From a bacterium (GTDB lineage: Bacteria > Actinomycetota > Acidimicrobiia > Spongiisociales > ZC4RG35), in contig JAPPFD010000007.1 in NCBI GenBank assembly GCA_028823995.1, forward strand, positions 9,594 through 73,593: 64,000 bases of DNA, in the 5' to 3' direction. The notes under the pieces were generated by a model. It made no database searches, was not told the DNA's origin, and saw only the letters and a program-made list of their open reading frames with translations. Shown here piece by piece: positions 19,712 through 31,017 of the stretch. Numbering within the stretch: position 1 is the first letter of the stretch; every line of letters begins with the position of its first letter. A program made the position numbers and the translations under genes.

Positions 19712-21820
19712 TCAGGGGAGTTGGCAGGCCACCCCACTCGGATAGTCGAGGCCGAGAGAAGCCTGCAACGTCACCGACTCATCCACACCGACGTCGCCGT
19801 CCAAGATCAGCAGCACCGACCCGTCTTCGTTGGTGTGCACGTACAGGGGCGGGTGCGATTCGCTCTCCACCTTGAACCGGTATCCGGGCTCCAGAGCCGT
19901 GGCGTAGGTGTAGCCCTCCACCGGACACCCGATGCTCGAATCCGGCCACGTCCGGCTCTCGGCCTCCACCACCTCCAGCTTGGTGCTGGAGACACCCAGC
20001 CAATCGGCGAGGAACTCCACGGCCAGGTTCTGCATGCACTCGAGAGGCGAGCACCCGGGCCCGGCGTCGGTGGCTGCGGCTATTTCCTCGGCCCAAGCGG
20101 TGAGGACCGCGAATTCTGCGACATCGGCGTCATCGGGCGCCAGCCTCAACACCCGGACTGCCTCGGCGGCGACATCGCCGAGGCTGCTGTCCTGGGCCCA
20201 GTAGCTCTGGCGGAGGACCTCAGCGTACTCTGCCACCACGGCCGCCAACTGGAAACTCGAGGAGGTCTCCTCGAAGTCCGCCACCAGTTCGCTCCGGAGG
20301 AACGACCTGTCGATCTCGCGGACCTCCCCGGTGTCGGGGTCCTCGTAACGAAGGTAGACGGTACCCAGAGCGCCGTCCGCTTCGTCGAACAGCTTCATCT
20401 CGTACAAGGCAGTCACGCTGTGGCCCGCCCCCACCTCGCCGGCGTCCACGGTGTCGTCACGGAACTCCTCGTCCCTGACCGCCCGGTTCTCGTACCCCAA
20501 CAGCCGCCAACTCCTGACCACCTCCGGGTTGAAATCCACCTGCACCTTGGTGTCCCGGGCGATGTTCTGTAGGGTGCCCACCAGGTTGTCGACGAACAGA
20601 CGTCGCGCCTCTCTCAGGGTGTCCACGTAGTGATAGGTGCCGTCCCCGTCGTTGGCGAGTTGCTCCATGAGGACGTCGTTGAAGTTCCCCATCCCGAATC
20701 CGACGGTGGTGAGGGTCACCCCCTGGTCGACATACGACCTGATCTCCCGGAGGATGGAGTCGGCTCCAGTCATGCCCACGTTGGCGACGCCGTCGGAGAG
20801 CAGCAGCACGCGGGTCACCCGTCCCGGCTGGACGCGCTCTGCAGCCATCTGGTAGGCCAGCCTCAGCCCCTCCTCCGCGTAGGTAGACCCGCCCGGTTGC
20901 AGGGCGTCAATGGCCCGGGTGATCGACTGCTTTTCTCCGCCATCGGTCGGTTCCAGAAGCACCTGCCCTCTGGACCCGTAAATCACGATGCCCACCTCGT
21001 CTGTTGGACGAAGTTGGTCGACCAGCAATGCCAGCGACTCCTTCACCAGGCCAAGCCGGTCTCCGCGGTTCATGGAACCGGACACGTCGATGGCGAACAC
21101 CAGCGTGGCGTCCTTGCGCTCCTCCTCGGGGATGGCCTTGCCCTGCAGCCCCACTCTCAGGAGCCAGTGCCGCTCGGTTCCGAAGCGCGACGGCGAGCCC
21201 TCCATGTGTATCGCGAAGGCCCCTTCGGAGGGTGCCTCGTAGCCGTAGTCGAAGTAGTTGACGAACTCCTCCACCCGCACCGAGGCCGGGTCGGGCAGGT
21301 GGCCGTCCTGCACGAAGAAGCGGGCCACCGTGTACGACCCGGTGTCCACATCTATGGCGAAGGTGGAAAGGTGGTCGTCCTCGGTGTCGACGAAGGGGTT
21401 GACCCCGTAGTGTTCGAAGAAGGTCAGGTCGTAGGGCTCGTCGTTGACCGTCGCCGAGCCCCCGATCCGATTGAAACCCTCGTCCTCCGATGCCTCGAAC
21501 GCCGCCGCACTGGCTGCCGCCGCCTCCGCTTGCGGCGCGGCGGTCACTAACGCCGCTGCGGTGGTTGCAGACGCTACCGCTGCTGCTGCGGTGTCCTCAT
21601 CCAGCCTTCTGTTCTTCGCCTCCGCTTCAGCGGCCATGACTTCTTCCGCGGCATCCATGGCGGACCGGGCCGTTTCCTGGGAAGCCAGGGTGTTGGGTGG
21701 TTTCTGGGTCGATATCCGCGTGGTGTTCGTCACACGCTCGTCTCCGGTGTCGCCGGCACAGGCCGCGGCAGCGATCACCAGGACCACGACCCAAATCAGT
21801 TGTCTGGGTCTGGTAGTCAT
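19712..21820 (-). CDS. YfbK-like VWA-domain lipoprotein with extra C-terminal domain
   Basis: Lipobox AAAC; STFAIDVDTGSY; VRVEEFVNYF; MIDAS DVSGS; SDGVAN; LLGYENR. Confidence 0.88.
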   Translation of the reverse strand: MTTRPRQLIWVVVLVIAAAACAGDTGDERVTNTTRISTQKPPNTLASQETARSAMDAAEEVMAAEAEAKNRRLDEDTAAAAVASATTAAALVTAAPQAEAAAASAAAFEASEDEGFNRIGGSATVNDEPYDLTFFEHYGVNPFVDTEDDHLSTFAIDVDTGSYTVARFFVQDGHLPDPASVRVEEFVNYFDYGYEAPSEGAFAIHMEGSPSRFGTERHWLLRVGLQGKAIPEEERKDATLVFAIDVSGSMNRGDRLGLVKESLALLVDQLRPTDEVGIVIYGSRGQVLLEPTDGGEKQSITRAIDALQPGGSTYAEEGLRLAYQMAAERVQPGRVTRVLLLSDGVANVGMTGADSILREIRSYVDQGVTLTTVGFGMGNFNDVLMEQLANDGDGTYHYVDTLREARRLFVDNLVGTLQNIARDTKVQVDFNPEVVRSWRLLGYENRAVRDEEFRDDTVDAGEVGAGHSVTALYEMKLFDEADGALGTVYLRYEDPDTGEVREIDRSFLRSELVADFEETSSSFQLAAVVAEYAEVLRQSYWAQDSSLGDVAAEAVRVLRLAPDDADVAEFAVLTAWAEEIAAATDAGPGCSPLECMQNLAVEFLADWLGVSSTKLEVVEAESRTWPDSSIGCPVEGYTYATALEPGYRFKVESESHPPLYVHTNEDGSVLLILDGDVGVDESVTLQASLGLDYPSGVACQLP

Positions 21821-22123
21821 CTTCTTACCTCTTGATTTCAGATCTGTTCGAGTTTGGGATCGGGGAACCGACCCGATGACTTCTCCCTCAGGGGATCGCC
21901 CCCTGGACCGGGAAGCCGGGCCGAGGCCCCTGCATCCGAGCATATGACGTGCACGAACCTATGCAGGCACATAAGGGGGCCAACCGGCTGCGGAGAAACC
22001 GTCCCTGTCAATACCCCCGATAGCCCACAGGGCTTCCGGTTGATATAAGGAACTAACGGAGACCCGATGGGAGGGAGTCCGTCCGGCCCCGCCCGTTGAT
22101 TTGAACTTCTGATTACGTGAGGC

Positions 22124-23536
22124 TCACCCGGCAGGCAGCAGGTCGGGGGGATGGCGCTCGTGCCATTCGGTGAGCGACTGGTAGGCGCGGGCCGCCGCCA
22201 GTATTGCGTTCTCCTCGTAGGCCCTGCCCATGAACTTGATCCCGGTGGGCAGACCCTCTTCGGAGAAACCGCTCGGCACGGAGACCGCAGGGAGGCCGGC
22301 CACGTTCCCGAGCGACATCATCGTGTCTTTCCCGGCGTGCAGGGTGGCGCTGCGGAATCCCTGGTTGACCGGCGTGGCCACCCCTGAACGGGTGGGCGCC
22401 ACCAGTGCGTCGAAGGGCGACATCGCCTCCTCGGCGTTCTCGGCCACCAGCCTTCTCAGGCGCAACGCGTTTATGTAGTCCTTGGCCAGCACCGTGACCC
22501 GGGGATAGGCGCCGAACCGGTCTTCAGGCGCGGTCAGTTCCGCCAACTTCCCGCTGTCCACGATCTCCTCGAAGGCGCTTGCGGCCTCGGCGAACAGGAT
22601 GACCTGGAGGATCTCCTCGTGCGGCAGGTCGGAGAACCTCATCTCCTCGATGTCCGCCACCTCTGCCAGCACGTCGAGAGCCCGCTCGAAGTTGGTACGG
22701 GTCGGCTCGTCCACGTGGTCAGTCACGTTCTCCATCATCCCGAACCGGAAACGGCGCGACCCGACGTCGGAGTCGTCGTAGGCGAAGCTGTGACTCGTGG
22801 TGGTCGGGTCCTTCGGATCCCGCCCGGAGATGGCCTCCAGGACCAGGCCGCAGTCATCGGCGGTGAGGCACATCGGCCCCAGCTTGTCCAGGGTCCAGGA
22901 GAGGGCCATGGCGCCGAACCGGCTCACCCGCCCGTAGGTGGGACGAAGGCCCGCCACACCGCAATTGCTGGAAGGCGACATGATGGAACCGCCCGTCTCG
23001 GAGCCGATCGCAAACGGGACCAGGCCCGCCCCGGTCGCCGCGCCGGACCCGGTGGACGATCCGCCGCTCCACCGGTTCTTGTCCCAGGGGGTGATGCCCG
23101 GACCGGTGAAGGAGGCATTGGGTTGCCAGTAGCCGCCGCCCCCGGCCAACTCCACCATGGCCAGCTTGGCCGCCAGCACCGCGCCGGCCGCCCCCAGCCT
23201 CTCCACAACCGTGGCGTCGTAGTCGAAGACCTGGTTGCGAAACGGCGCCGCGCCCCAGGTGGTGGGGATGCCGTCCTTGGTGGCCAGCAGGTCCTTCACC
23301 CCGTAGGGAATGCCATGCAGAGGGCCCCTGTACCGACCCGATGAGATCTCCTGCTCGGCGCGTCTCGCCTCCCGGATCGCTCTCTCGCGGGTCACCGTCA
23401 CCACCGCGTTGTAGTCGCCTCCCAGCCTCTCCAACCGGTCCAGGAAGACCTCGGCCAACTCCGTCGGCGACACCTCCCGGCCCCGGATCAGGCCGCCGAG
23501 TTGGCGGATGCTCTTGAAGACCAAGCTGTCGGACAA
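22124..23536 (-). CDS. Amidase-signature enzyme (GatA/AtzE-like)
   Basis: GIPYGVKD, GGSSTGS, GSETGGSI; start uncertain. Confidence 0.88.
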   Translation of the reverse strand: MSDSLVFKSIRQLGGLIRGREVSPTELAEVFLDRLERLGGDYNAVVTVTRERAIREARRAEQEISSGRYRGPLHGIPYGVKDLLATKDGIPTTWGAAPFRNQVFDYDATVVERLGAAGAVLAAKLAMVELAGGGGYWQPNASFTGPGITPWDKNRWSGGSSTGSGAATGAGLVPFAIGSETGGSIMSPSSNCGVAGLRPTYGRVSRFGAMALSWTLDKLGPMCLTADDCGLVLEAISGRDPKDPTTTSHSFAYDDSDVGSRRFRFGMMENVTDHVDEPTRTNFERALDVLAEVADIEEMRFSDLPHEEILQVILFAEAASAFEEIVDSGKLAELTAPEDRFGAYPRVTVLAKDYINALRLRRLVAENAEEAMSPFDALVAPTRSGVATPVNQGFRSATLHAGKDTMMSLGNVAGLPAVSVPSGFSEEGLPTGIKFMGRAYEENAILAAARAYQSLTEWHERHPPDLLPAG

Positions 23537-23540
23537 GACG

Positions 23541-23750
23541 TCAGCCCTCTTCCCGGTAGGGCGCGAACACCGAGAACGGCTCGTCGCCATTCTCCAGCCT
23601 GACGGCGCTCACCGCCTGCGACGCCCGGACGATGGTCTCCACGCCCGTCCGCACCCCCTCCAGTTGCTCCTCGTCCAAGCGGTCCCCGTAGAGGCGCTTG
23701 ACGGTGTTGAATCTCTCCTCCACATCCTGATTGGTCGCTTCGTCGTTCAA
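23541..23750 (-). CDS. Small GatC/AtzG-like partner protein
   Basis: 69 aa immediately upstream of the amidase; ends L.NGDEPFSVF. Confidence 0.6.
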   Translation of the reverse strand: MNDEATNQDVEERFNTVKRLYGDRLDEEQLEGVRTGVETIVRASQAVSAVRLENGDEPFSVFAPYREEG

Positions 23751-23869
23751 GATTGTCCTCCGCTTCTCGCCTGCCTGATCCTGTCCCGATCCGGCTCTCG
23801 CCCAGCCTCAACTGCCCGTCACAATAGCAAGCGGCCGACCCGGTGAATACCCGCAGGCCGTTTGGGCTT

Positions 23870-24247
23870 TCAGTCGGTGACGTAGGTGTGGGTGATTACC
23901 TCCCACACGTGGCCGTCCTCGCAGTCGAAGTAAAACCCTCGTCCCCCGTGATGGTGGTTGATCCTGCCGTCCGCACGGGAACGGGGGCCGCTCCCGAAGG
24001 GTACGCCCTCGTCCTTGATCCGTCCGAGCACCGCATCGAACTCCTTGTCGGAGGCCAGGAAGGCGTAGTGGTTGGACTGGGGGTTGTCCGAGTCGTCGAA
24101 GTCAAGCGTGAAAGTGTCGTTGACCTTGACCGGGGCGAAGTGTCCCCAGGTCCCCCGGTATTCGACCCCGAAGATGCGGGCGATGAACTTGGCGGATTTC
24201 ACCTTGTCGTGGGCGGGCACGATCGTATGGTCCAGCTGCAGAGCCAT
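23870..24247 (-). CDS. VOC/glyoxalase family protein
   Basis: LDHTIVPA.DK..SA.F, HYAF, GGRGFYF...GHVWE; GGAGG RBS. Confidence 0.88.
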   Translation of the reverse strand: MALQLDHTIVPAHDKVKSAKFIARIFGVEYRGTWGHFAPVKVNDTFTLDFDDSDNPQSNHYAFLASDKEFDAVLGRIKDEGVPFGSGPRSRADGRINHHHGGRGFYFDCEDGHVWEVITHTYVTD

Positions 24248-24441
24248 GGCGAACCTCCTCTCCCCCACCACTCTACCCCCGGCTCGAACGCCAAGGCAGG
24301 GGGCCCTGACCCGATGCCATCGGAGCCGAGAGCCCGTGTGGGGCCGGGGATCCCGGAGGCCCTGTGACCAGCGCCGAAGCCCGCGGGCAGGTACCATGCC
24401 GAGAAAGCGCCAGATACCGACACAACGCACAGGGAGAAGCC

Positions 24442-25701
24442 GTGGGCAAGGCGCAGACAGTTATCCGGGCCAAGGCCCTCCTGGACGGCACCGGGGCTCC
24501 GCCCGTCCGTAACGCGGTTGTGGTCGTGGAGGGGTCCCGTATCGTGGCCGCGGGCTCACAGGAGGCCGTCGAAGCGCCCCGGGGGTCCGACGTGCGGGAA
24601 CTGGACTTTCCCGAGGGGTATCTCCTGCCGGGTCTCATCGACGCCCACACCCATCTCATGTTCGGCGCCGGGGAGGCCACCTACGAGGAGGTCATCGAGC
24701 GGGACACCGACGAGATCATGCTGCTGCGCGCCGCTCGCAACGCCCACATCCACCTCAACGCCGGCGTAACGACCCTCCGGGACTGCGGCGCCCGCAACCA
24801 GGTCACCTTCGACCTGCGCCGGGGAGTCGACCAGGGCCTGGCCCTGGCGCCCAGACTGCTCCTCAGCGGCCGCCCGGTGACGGTCCAAAAGGGCCACTTC
24901 TGGTGGTGCAACGGAGAGGCAGAAGGAGTGCACGGCGTCCGTAAGGCGGTGCGCCGACTGGTCGAGGACGGCGCCGACTTCATCAAGATCATGGCCTCGG
25001 GCGGCGGCACGGCCGGCACCGACAACCGCCGGCCCTCCTTCAGCGTGGAGGAGCTGAGGGCGATCGTGGACGAGGCCCACAACCAGGGCGTTCCCACCAC
25101 CGCCCACTGCATCGCCACCCAAAGCATCGCCAACGCCCTGGACGCGGGCGTCGACTCCATCGAGCACGCCACCTTCATAGAGCCCGACGGCTCCTATGTC
25201 TTCAACCCGCACCTCGCCGAACGCATCGCCAGCCAGGGCGTCAGGATCAGCCCCACCGTCCAGACCGGCTACCGGCGTCGGGAGAAGCTCCTGGCGATGC
25301 GGGAGGAGGGCCATGCCCTGACGCCCGAGGACAGGATGCGCCTGGAAGACCTCCAGATCAAGTGCGAGCGGCAGGTGGAGTTCCTGGGGAGGCTGTGGTC
25401 GGAGTGGGGGATCACAATCGTGGCCGGCACCGACGCCATCTCCAGCTTCGGCGACTACTGCCTGGGGCTGGAACTCCAGGTAGAGGCAGGGATGAGCACC
25501 GCCGAGGTGATCCGCTCCGCCACCGGGGTGGCCGCGCAGGCAGTCGGCCTCGACCATCTGGTGGGGACTTTGGAGCCGGGCAAGGAGGCGGACCTGATCG
25601 TTGTGGACCGGGACCCCCTGGCGGACATCCGGGCTCTGCGGTCCATGCGGATGGTCATGCAGCGGGGAGGCGTCGTCCCGCCGCCGCTGGCCATGGGCTA
25701 G
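24442..25701 (+). CDS. Metal-dependent amidohydrolase (prolidase-like)
   Basis: [34 protein letters not shown]. Confidence 0.88.
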   Translation: MGKAQTVIRAKALLDGTGAPPVRNAVVVVEGSRIVAAGSQEAVEAPRGSDVRELDFPEGYLLPGLIDAHTHLMFGAGEATYEEVIERDTDEIMLLRAARNAHIHLNAGVTTLRDCGARNQVTFDLRRGVDQGLALAPRLLLSGRPVTVQKGHFWWCNGEAEGVHGVRKAVRRLVEDGADFIKIMASGGGTAGTDNRRPSFSVEELRAIVDEAHNQGVPTTAHCIATQSIANALDAGVDSIEHATFIEPDGSYVFNPHLAERIASQGVRISPTVQTGYRRREKLLAMREEGHALTPEDRMRLEDLQIKCERQVEFLGRLWSEWGITIVAGTDAISSFGDYCLGLELQVEAGMSTAEVIRSATGVAAQAVGLDHLVGTLEPGKEADLIVVDRDPLADIRALRSMRMVMQRGGVVPPPLAMG

Positions 25702-26801
25702 GAGATCTCGAGCACCGGGTCCCCGAGCACCTCGAAGTTCGGTTCGACGCCCAACCCCGGCCGGTCGGCGGCCTTCATCCTGCCCAAGTTCCTTCGGGGC
25801 GCCCCGGTGGCGGTCGACACCGTGACATAGGAGTTGAAGTCGGTGGCCGCGAAGTTGAACTCCGAGGGCGTCGACTGGGCCAGGTGAGCTATGGCGGCGG
25901 TGGTGATGTCGGACCCCCACGGGTCCTCGATGATCATCGGGATTCCCGACGCCACGCAGACGTCGCGCATCAGCCGGGCCTTGGTCAGTCCGCCCACCTT
26001 GGAGATCTTGAGATTGATCACGTCCATGGCGTCCTCCGAAAGGCCTCTCAGGAGAGTGTCGAGACCGTCTATGGTCTCATCCAGCACGAAGGGCCGGGAG
26101 GTGCGCCTGCGGACCGATAGGCACTCGGCGAAGGTGGCGCATGGTTGCTCGATGTACACGTCCAACTCCCCTACCGCGCCGACCACCCGGGCCGCCTCAT
26201 GGCGAGTCCAGCCGGTGTTGGCGTCAGCCACCAGGACATTGTCGTCGGGAAGTATCCGGCGGGCCGCATGGATGCGGGCGATGTCATCGTTGGGATCTCC
26301 CCCCACCTTCAACTGGAACACCCGGTACCCCTCCGCCTGGTACTTGGCCACGTTGGCCGCCATCTCATCGGGTGGTAGTTGGGATATGGCGCGGTAGAGC
26401 GCCACGTTTTCTTGGGCCCGACCACCCAGCAGCGCGTAGACCGGCAGGCCGACGGACCTGCCCAGAATGTCCCAGCAGGCTATGTCGAGCGGCGCCTTGG
26501 CATGCGGATGGCCGAGCAGGGAGGCGTCCATGACCCGGTTGAGCCCGTTGACGTCCCTCGGGTCCATCCCGATCAGATGCGGGGCCAGTTCCGCCAATCC
26601 CGCCCGCACCCCCAGGGCGTGGGCAGGCAGGTAGGCAGGCCCCAGCGGGCAGCTTTCGGCGTATCCCGAGATCCCGGCGTCGGTCTCCACCTCGACGACC
26701 GTGTCATCGAACACCTCCACGAACCGGCCGTCGGACCACGTGTAGCGACCCTCGACCAGCGGAAGCCCGACCCGCCATGCCCGCACAGCCGTGATCCTCA
26801 T
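25698..26801 (-). CDS. Enolase superfamily, cis-3-hydroxy-L-proline dehydratase-like
   Basis: [47 protein letters not shown]. Confidence 0.82.
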   Translation of the reverse strand: MRITAVRAWRVGLPLVEGRYTWSDGRFVEVFDDTVVEVETDAGISGYAESCPLGPAYLPAHALGVRAGLAELAPHLIGMDPRDVNGLNRVMDASLLGHPHAKAPLDIACWDILGRSVGLPVYALLGGRAQENVALYRAISQLPPDEMAANVAKYQAEGYRVFQLKVGGDPNDDIARIHAARRILPDDNVLVADANTGWTRHEAARVVGAVGELDVYIEQPCATFAECLSVRRRTSRPFVLDETIDGLDTLLRGLSEDAMDVINLKISKVGGLTKARLMRDVCVASGIPMIIEDPWGSDITTAAIAHLAQSTPSEFNFAATDFNSYVTVSTATGAPRRNLGRMKAADRPGLGVEPNFEVLGDPVLEIS

Positions 26802-26811
26802 GGGCGCCTCC

Positions 26812-27546
26812 TCAATCCGACTGGTCGGTTCCCACGAGTTCAGGCATTCCCTTATAGAGACCCACCCCCAGCATGATCAGAAAAGCATTTGCCAGGTTTA
26901 CGGACGCCGCAAACAGCAGGAAGAAAGTACCGGCCAAGCCGTAGAAGGGGCTGATGGCGGCGACGAACACCGTCGACACCAAACAGGACAGGACTGTGAG
27001 GGCGCCGACAACCCGGTAAGAGGTGGAACGGAATCTCGGCAGAAGGCCGACGCCCAATCCCATGGCCCCCAGAAGAAAGGCGATGAACCCCACAAAATTG
27101 AAGGCGCTTTGCATCTTCAGGAGCATCACGGCAAGAAAGTCGAGAAGTTGGGTCTGATCGGGTCCGGTACCCGCGCCGATCCCGTATGTCATGGTGTGGG
27201 CTGCGGTGTAGAACAACGTCCTGTCGATGATCGAGATGATCACTCCCAGCCCTATGGCCATGACCCCGAACCTGGCGATGGTGTCGTTGGCGCTCTCTCC
27301 GGCGGCCGTTTTACGCAACGCCAACAGCCCGTGGAGTTGTAAGACCAACCCAAAGACGCCAAAGGTGGCTGTGAAGATACTGAGGGCCGTGTTGTTCCGA
27401 ACGGCTTCGCCGATGCCGATGAAGTCATCCGCGTCCGCAAAGTCGATCAGCGCCAGGCCGGGGGTGAAGAAGAGAGTCCCAATCACCAGGCACGTGCCGA
27501 TGACAAGCAACGCTCCCCCTATTCGGTTCTGGGGCGTTGTGATCAT
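26812..27546 (-). CDS. Multi-pass membrane protein of unknown function
   Basis: About six hydrophobic helices; GGAGG RBS; resembles 44449-45144. Confidence 0.75.
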   Translation of the reverse strand: MITTPQNRIGGALLVIGTCLVIGTLFFTPGLALIDFADADDFIGIGEAVRNNTALSIFTATFGVFGLVLQLHGLLALRKTAAGESANDTIARFGVMAIGLGVIISIIDRTLFYTAAHTMTYGIGAGTGPDQTQLLDFLAVMLLKMQSAFNFVGFIAFLLGAMGLGVGLLPRFRSTSYRVVGALTVLSCLVSTVFVAAISPFYGLAGTFFLLFAASVNLANAFLIMLGVGLYKGMPELVGTDQSD

Positions 27547-27723
27547 CTTCCCTCCTTCTCGGAAAGTGGCGTCGCCGGGAGCGGAGTTCAGGTCTGAGAG
27601 TAGTGGGTCCTCGATCTTCCCTGCATGAGCGGGGATCACTGTCAAACCGAAAAATGCTGCCGTCGGCCCCGGATTGCGGGATGTGACCACCACCCTCGAT
27701 CCCCTCCTCGGCGGGTGCTCGGG

Positions 27724-28176
27724 TTAGGCCCGGCGGAGTGCGACGACCGGGATCTGGCGGTCGGTACCAGCGCGGTAGGCGGCAAAGCGGGAATTGGTCG
27801 CCACCACCCCCTCGAACAGCACGATCCGTTCTGCGCCCTCCGCGATCCGGGCCTGGGCCGAGAAACGCTCCCCTCTGACTTCAACCACCACTTCAGGGTC
27901 AGACAGCAGGTTCCAAAACCACCCGGGATGGTGATCCTGGCCGTAGTTGGATGCAACCACGATCAACTCGTCTGACCCTTCGAACCGGAAGTACAGCAGA
28001 GGCGAGGAGCGCCGCTTGCCGCTCTTCCGTCCCCTGGTCGTCAGGATGAGGACCCCCACGCCCTCCAGGCGGCTCAGAAGCCGGCCGCCGGAGAGCCGGA
28101 ACAGGAACCGGTGCAGAGGCACGAAGAACCAGGCGATGACGAGACGCTTGTAGGTCGGCACGGCCGGCTTCTTCAT
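27724..28176 (-). CDS. Deazaflavin (F420)-dependent nitroreductase family (Ddn-like)
   Basis: LTTRGRKSGKRR.SPL, VASNYG...HPGWFWNL, RQIPVV. Confidence 0.9.
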   Translation of the reverse strand: MKKPAVPTYKRLVIAWFFVPLHRFLFRLSGGRLLSRLEGVGVLILTTRGRKSGKRRSSPLLYFRFEGSDELIVVASNYGQDHHPGWFWNLLSDPEVVVEVRGERFSAQARIAEGAERIVLFEGVVATNSRFAAYRAGTDRQIPVVALRRA

Positions 28177-28195
28177 GGGCTCATTCCCCGACCGG

Positions 28196-29401
28196 TCATG
28201 TCCCCTTGTAGTTGATCCTGGCCACCAACCGGTGCTCGGCGGTCACCAGGTCAGACTGGTCCTCCATCACCTGGTCGATCGGCTTGTATGACCACGGGGA
28301 CTCGTCGACCAACTTCCGCGCCCGGTGGGCCTCCCAGGCCTTTCCCGCCATCGCCTCGGTCAACTGCTCGGCTGTGAAGAGCTTCCTGGCGCGGTTCCGG
28401 GAGTGCACGCGTCCCGCGCCGTGGGCGGCGGAGAGGTAGGAGAGCGGGTTGCCCAGCCCCCGCACGATGTAGGAGTCGGTCCCCATCGAACCGGGTATCA
28501 CGCCGCGGTCATCCGATCCCGCCCTGATGGCGCCCTTCCTGGTCACCCACACCCTGCGGCCGCCATGTCTCTCCAGAGCGGCGTAGTTGTGATGGCAGTT
28601 AATCATCTCCAGCAACTCCACGGTCCCCAGGTGTTTCCTGAGCGCTCCCCAGACCACGTCCAGTATCAGTTCCCGGTTTCTCCACGCGTAGGACTGGGCC
28701 CACAGCATCTGCCGGATGTACACGTCGAACAGGTCGTCGTCGGCCAGGTAGTAGGCCAGATCCCGGGTGGCTCTCCTTCCCCCGGCGGCGCACACCCGGG
28801 CGGAGGCGGCGATGTGGTGGGTGGCTATCCGGTTGCCGATGCCCCGGCTCCCGGTGTGCAGCACTATCCAGAGCCGCCCGAGTTCATCCGACGACACCTC
28901 CACGAAGTGGTTTCCACCACCCAGGGTGCCCAGTTGCTTTCCCACCCTCCCAGCGGTGCCTTTGGCTTTCGGCACCATCTCCGGGTGGGGGATCGGGTTC
29001 TCCCCCAGCCACCTTCGAGCCTCCGGTGAGGCAGCCTGGTGCCAGTCGAAGCCGGCCGGCACCCCCCGGCGGATCTCCCGGAGAACTTCCTGCGGGGAAT
29101 CGAGGTCCTCCAGGCGCCGGTTGGTGAGAGCGGCGATCATGCCGCACCCTATGTCCACCCCCACCGCGGCCGGGATTATGGCGTCTTCGGTGACTATCAC
29201 CGACCCCACCGTGGCGCCCTTCCCCAGGTGGGCATCCGGCATCAGGGCCACCGGGCCCGCCAGCACCGGACTCCGCGAGGTCTCCAACGCCTGCTTCCTG
29301 GTCTGGGGGTCCAGGATCGACGCCCAGTTGCGGACCCCCGCACCGCCCCCGCGGCCAGAATCCAAGAGCCGTCCCCGGGGACTCCCGCTGGTTGCCACCA
29401 T
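28196..29401 (-). CDS. rtcB: RNA 2',3'-cyclic phosphate--5'-OH ligase RtcB
   Basis: MPDAH, GVDIGCGM, GGGNHF, HTGSRG, HHNY, RKGA, PGSMG, HGAGR. Confidence 0.93.
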   Translation of the reverse strand: MVATSGSPRGRLLDSGRGGGAGVRNWASILDPQTRKQALETSRSPVLAGPVALMPDAHLGKGATVGSVIVTEDAIIPAAVGVDIGCGMIAALTNRRLEDLDSPQEVLREIRRGVPAGFDWHQAASPEARRWLGENPIPHPEMVPKAKGTAGRVGKQLGTLGGGNHFVEVSSDELGRLWIVLHTGSRGIGNRIATHHIAASARVCAAGGRRATRDLAYYLADDDLFDVYIRQMLWAQSYAWRNRELILDVVWGALRKHLGTVELLEMINCHHNYAALERHGGRRVWVTRKGAIRAGSDDRGVIPGSMGTDSYIVRGLGNPLSYLSAAHGAGRVHSRNRARKLFTAEQLTEAMAGKAWEAHRARKLVDESPWSYKPIDQVMEDQSDLVTAEHRLVARINYKGT

Positions 29402-29476
29402 GGCCCTTGACCCTACCGACCGAACCGGAGGCCGCTGACCCAATTTGCCCCCTTGACAGAAGTCACGCGGGGAGCG

Positions 29477-29494
29477 GCAACTATAGTTGGCGAC
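29477..29494 (+). repeat. 18-bp direct repeat copy 1 (palindromic core)
   Basis: GCAACTATAGTTGGCGAC. Confidence 0.6.
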
Positions 29495-29514
29495 CGATAA
29501 CGGCTGTGAAAAGT

Positions 29515-30978
29515 ATGTACAAGAGAGTTGAGGGTAGAGCGCGCGCCAGCCGAGGGCATCCCGCTCCGGTCCCACCCGGAGAGGCATGGGTCCAGCGGGA
29601 TCCCCCGTGCCCCAGGGATGGGCCCAATGCGGCGGACAGCCGGAAGGGTCTTGAAAGGAAAGCGGCTGCGCTCGCAGCATTGATGTTGCTGGGCGCGGGC
29701 TGTGCCGGCGGGGAGGATGTCGAGAACCCTGGGTCTGCATCCTCTGAAGGGCCCGTGCAGGAGGTAGTGGGCCCGGCCGGGCTTGAGCGATGCGAGGACG
29801 TGGCCGCGGTGACACCCAGTCTTGAAGGGAACCTCGGCGCCCGGCAGAACCCCGACCCAGCGGTGATGGATTTGATCGGCGCCTATCGGGACGAGCATGC
29901 CGGCACCTTCGGGGGGACGTGGATCGACCGGGCATACCGTGTTGTGGTGGTGGCCTTCACCGACGACCCGGAAGCGCATCGGGAGGCGATCCTGACCTAT
30001 CCCCCTCCCGGTGGCGATTCCGAAGCCGATCTGAGGCCGCTTGGTGAGCAGAGCGAGGTGACCATCGATGTTGTCCAGGTCCGGTACAGCAAGGCCGAAC
30101 TGGAGGGTATGCATCAGCAGATCATGGGCGCCGTGTCGGGTCGGGACTTCGCTGACTCGCTGATGACATTGGTCCTGATCACCAAGAACCGTCTAAACCT
30201 CAGCTTGTTCAATCCGCCCGAGGGAACTCTCGATGAACTTGTGGAGCTGGTGCCTGATGTGGGTGCAGTCTGTATTTCGGTTTCCTACCTCCCAGAACAA
30301 CCAACGGGGCCACTTGAGCTGATTCCCGACCTCGATGTGGAGGATCCGCTGGTCATCTGCCACGGTATCCCGCCAGTGCCCTACTCGCGGCTGGTCGACC
30401 CGCCTCCGATCGACCAGGTCGACCACCCGGCCGTGGAAGCCCTGCGTGCCGAACTCGAGGCTCCGGGCGCTGAGCCGATGCCGACGGGCCGCTGGGTGGT
30501 GATCAGCATCGGCGACGATCTCGCCACCTTCGCCGCCCTGTCCCCGGACTCCTTCGGCCATGCGGAATTCCGACGCCACGGGGACAGGTGGCGATTAGGG
30601 GGAGTAGGAATCGGTCCCTCCTGCGAACCCACCGTGGCGCTTCCCGATGGGCTCAACCGGCTCAACCGAGTCGCTATCAGTCTCGACCCCGGCTCGCCGC
30701 CCGATCCCGACAGCAGAACCATCCATGTGCTGGCTACTGAGCAGGCATGCGCAAGCGGGCGAGAGATGGGAGACGATCTCCAAGGTCCCCAAGTGGTTGA
30801 AACCGACTCCGCAGTACTGATCGCCTTCGTGGCCATCCCGCTCGCCGAGCGTTTGGTCAACTGCCAGGGAAACCCGTCCACCCCGGTGACCATCGAACTG
30901 AGCCGACCGCTCGGAGACCGCACGATATACGACGGACTCTACGTTCCCCCCAAACCGCTGGAACCCGAAAGCGAGTAA
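29515..30978 (+). CDS. Lipoprotein of unknown function
   Basis: Lipobox-like LLGAGC; C-terminal E.ACASG...CQGNP....I.L..PLGDR.IYDG; start uncertain. Confidence 0.75.
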   Translation: MYKRVEGRARASRGHPAPVPPGEAWVQRDPPCPRDGPNAADSRKGLERKAAALAALMLLGAGCAGGEDVENPGSASSEGPVQEVVGPAGLERCEDVAAVTPSLEGNLGARQNPDPAVMDLIGAYRDEHAGTFGGTWIDRAYRVVVVAFTDDPEAHREAILTYPPPGGDSEADLRPLGEQSEVTIDVVQVRYSKAELEGMHQQIMGAVSGRDFADSLMTLVLITKNRLNLSLFNPPEGTLDELVELVPDVGAVCISVSYLPEQPTGPLELIPDLDVEDPLVICHGIPPVPYSRLVDPPPIDQVDHPAVEALRAELEAPGAEPMPTGRWVVISIGDDLATFAALSPDSFGHAEFRRHGDRWRLGGVGIGPSCEPTVALPDGLNRLNRVAISLDPGSPPDPDSRTIHVLATEQACASGREMGDDLQGPQVVETDSAVLIAFVAIPLAERLVNCQGNPSTPVTIELSRPLGDRTIYDGLYVPPKPLEPESE

Positions 30979-31017
30979 AGCGACCGGAGCAAGCACGGCC
31001 GGGCCCTCGAGGGCGCC

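Noticed and set aside
22124-23536. gatA
   Set aside because: No gatB adjacent; only generic amidase-signature motifs
27545-27720. CRISPR array
   Set aside because: Only one repeat-like unit, no regular spacing and no cas genes
29402-29935. N-terminal extension of RtcB in the ORF track
   Set aside because: Overlaps the opposite-strand lipoprotein and lacks RtcB motifs
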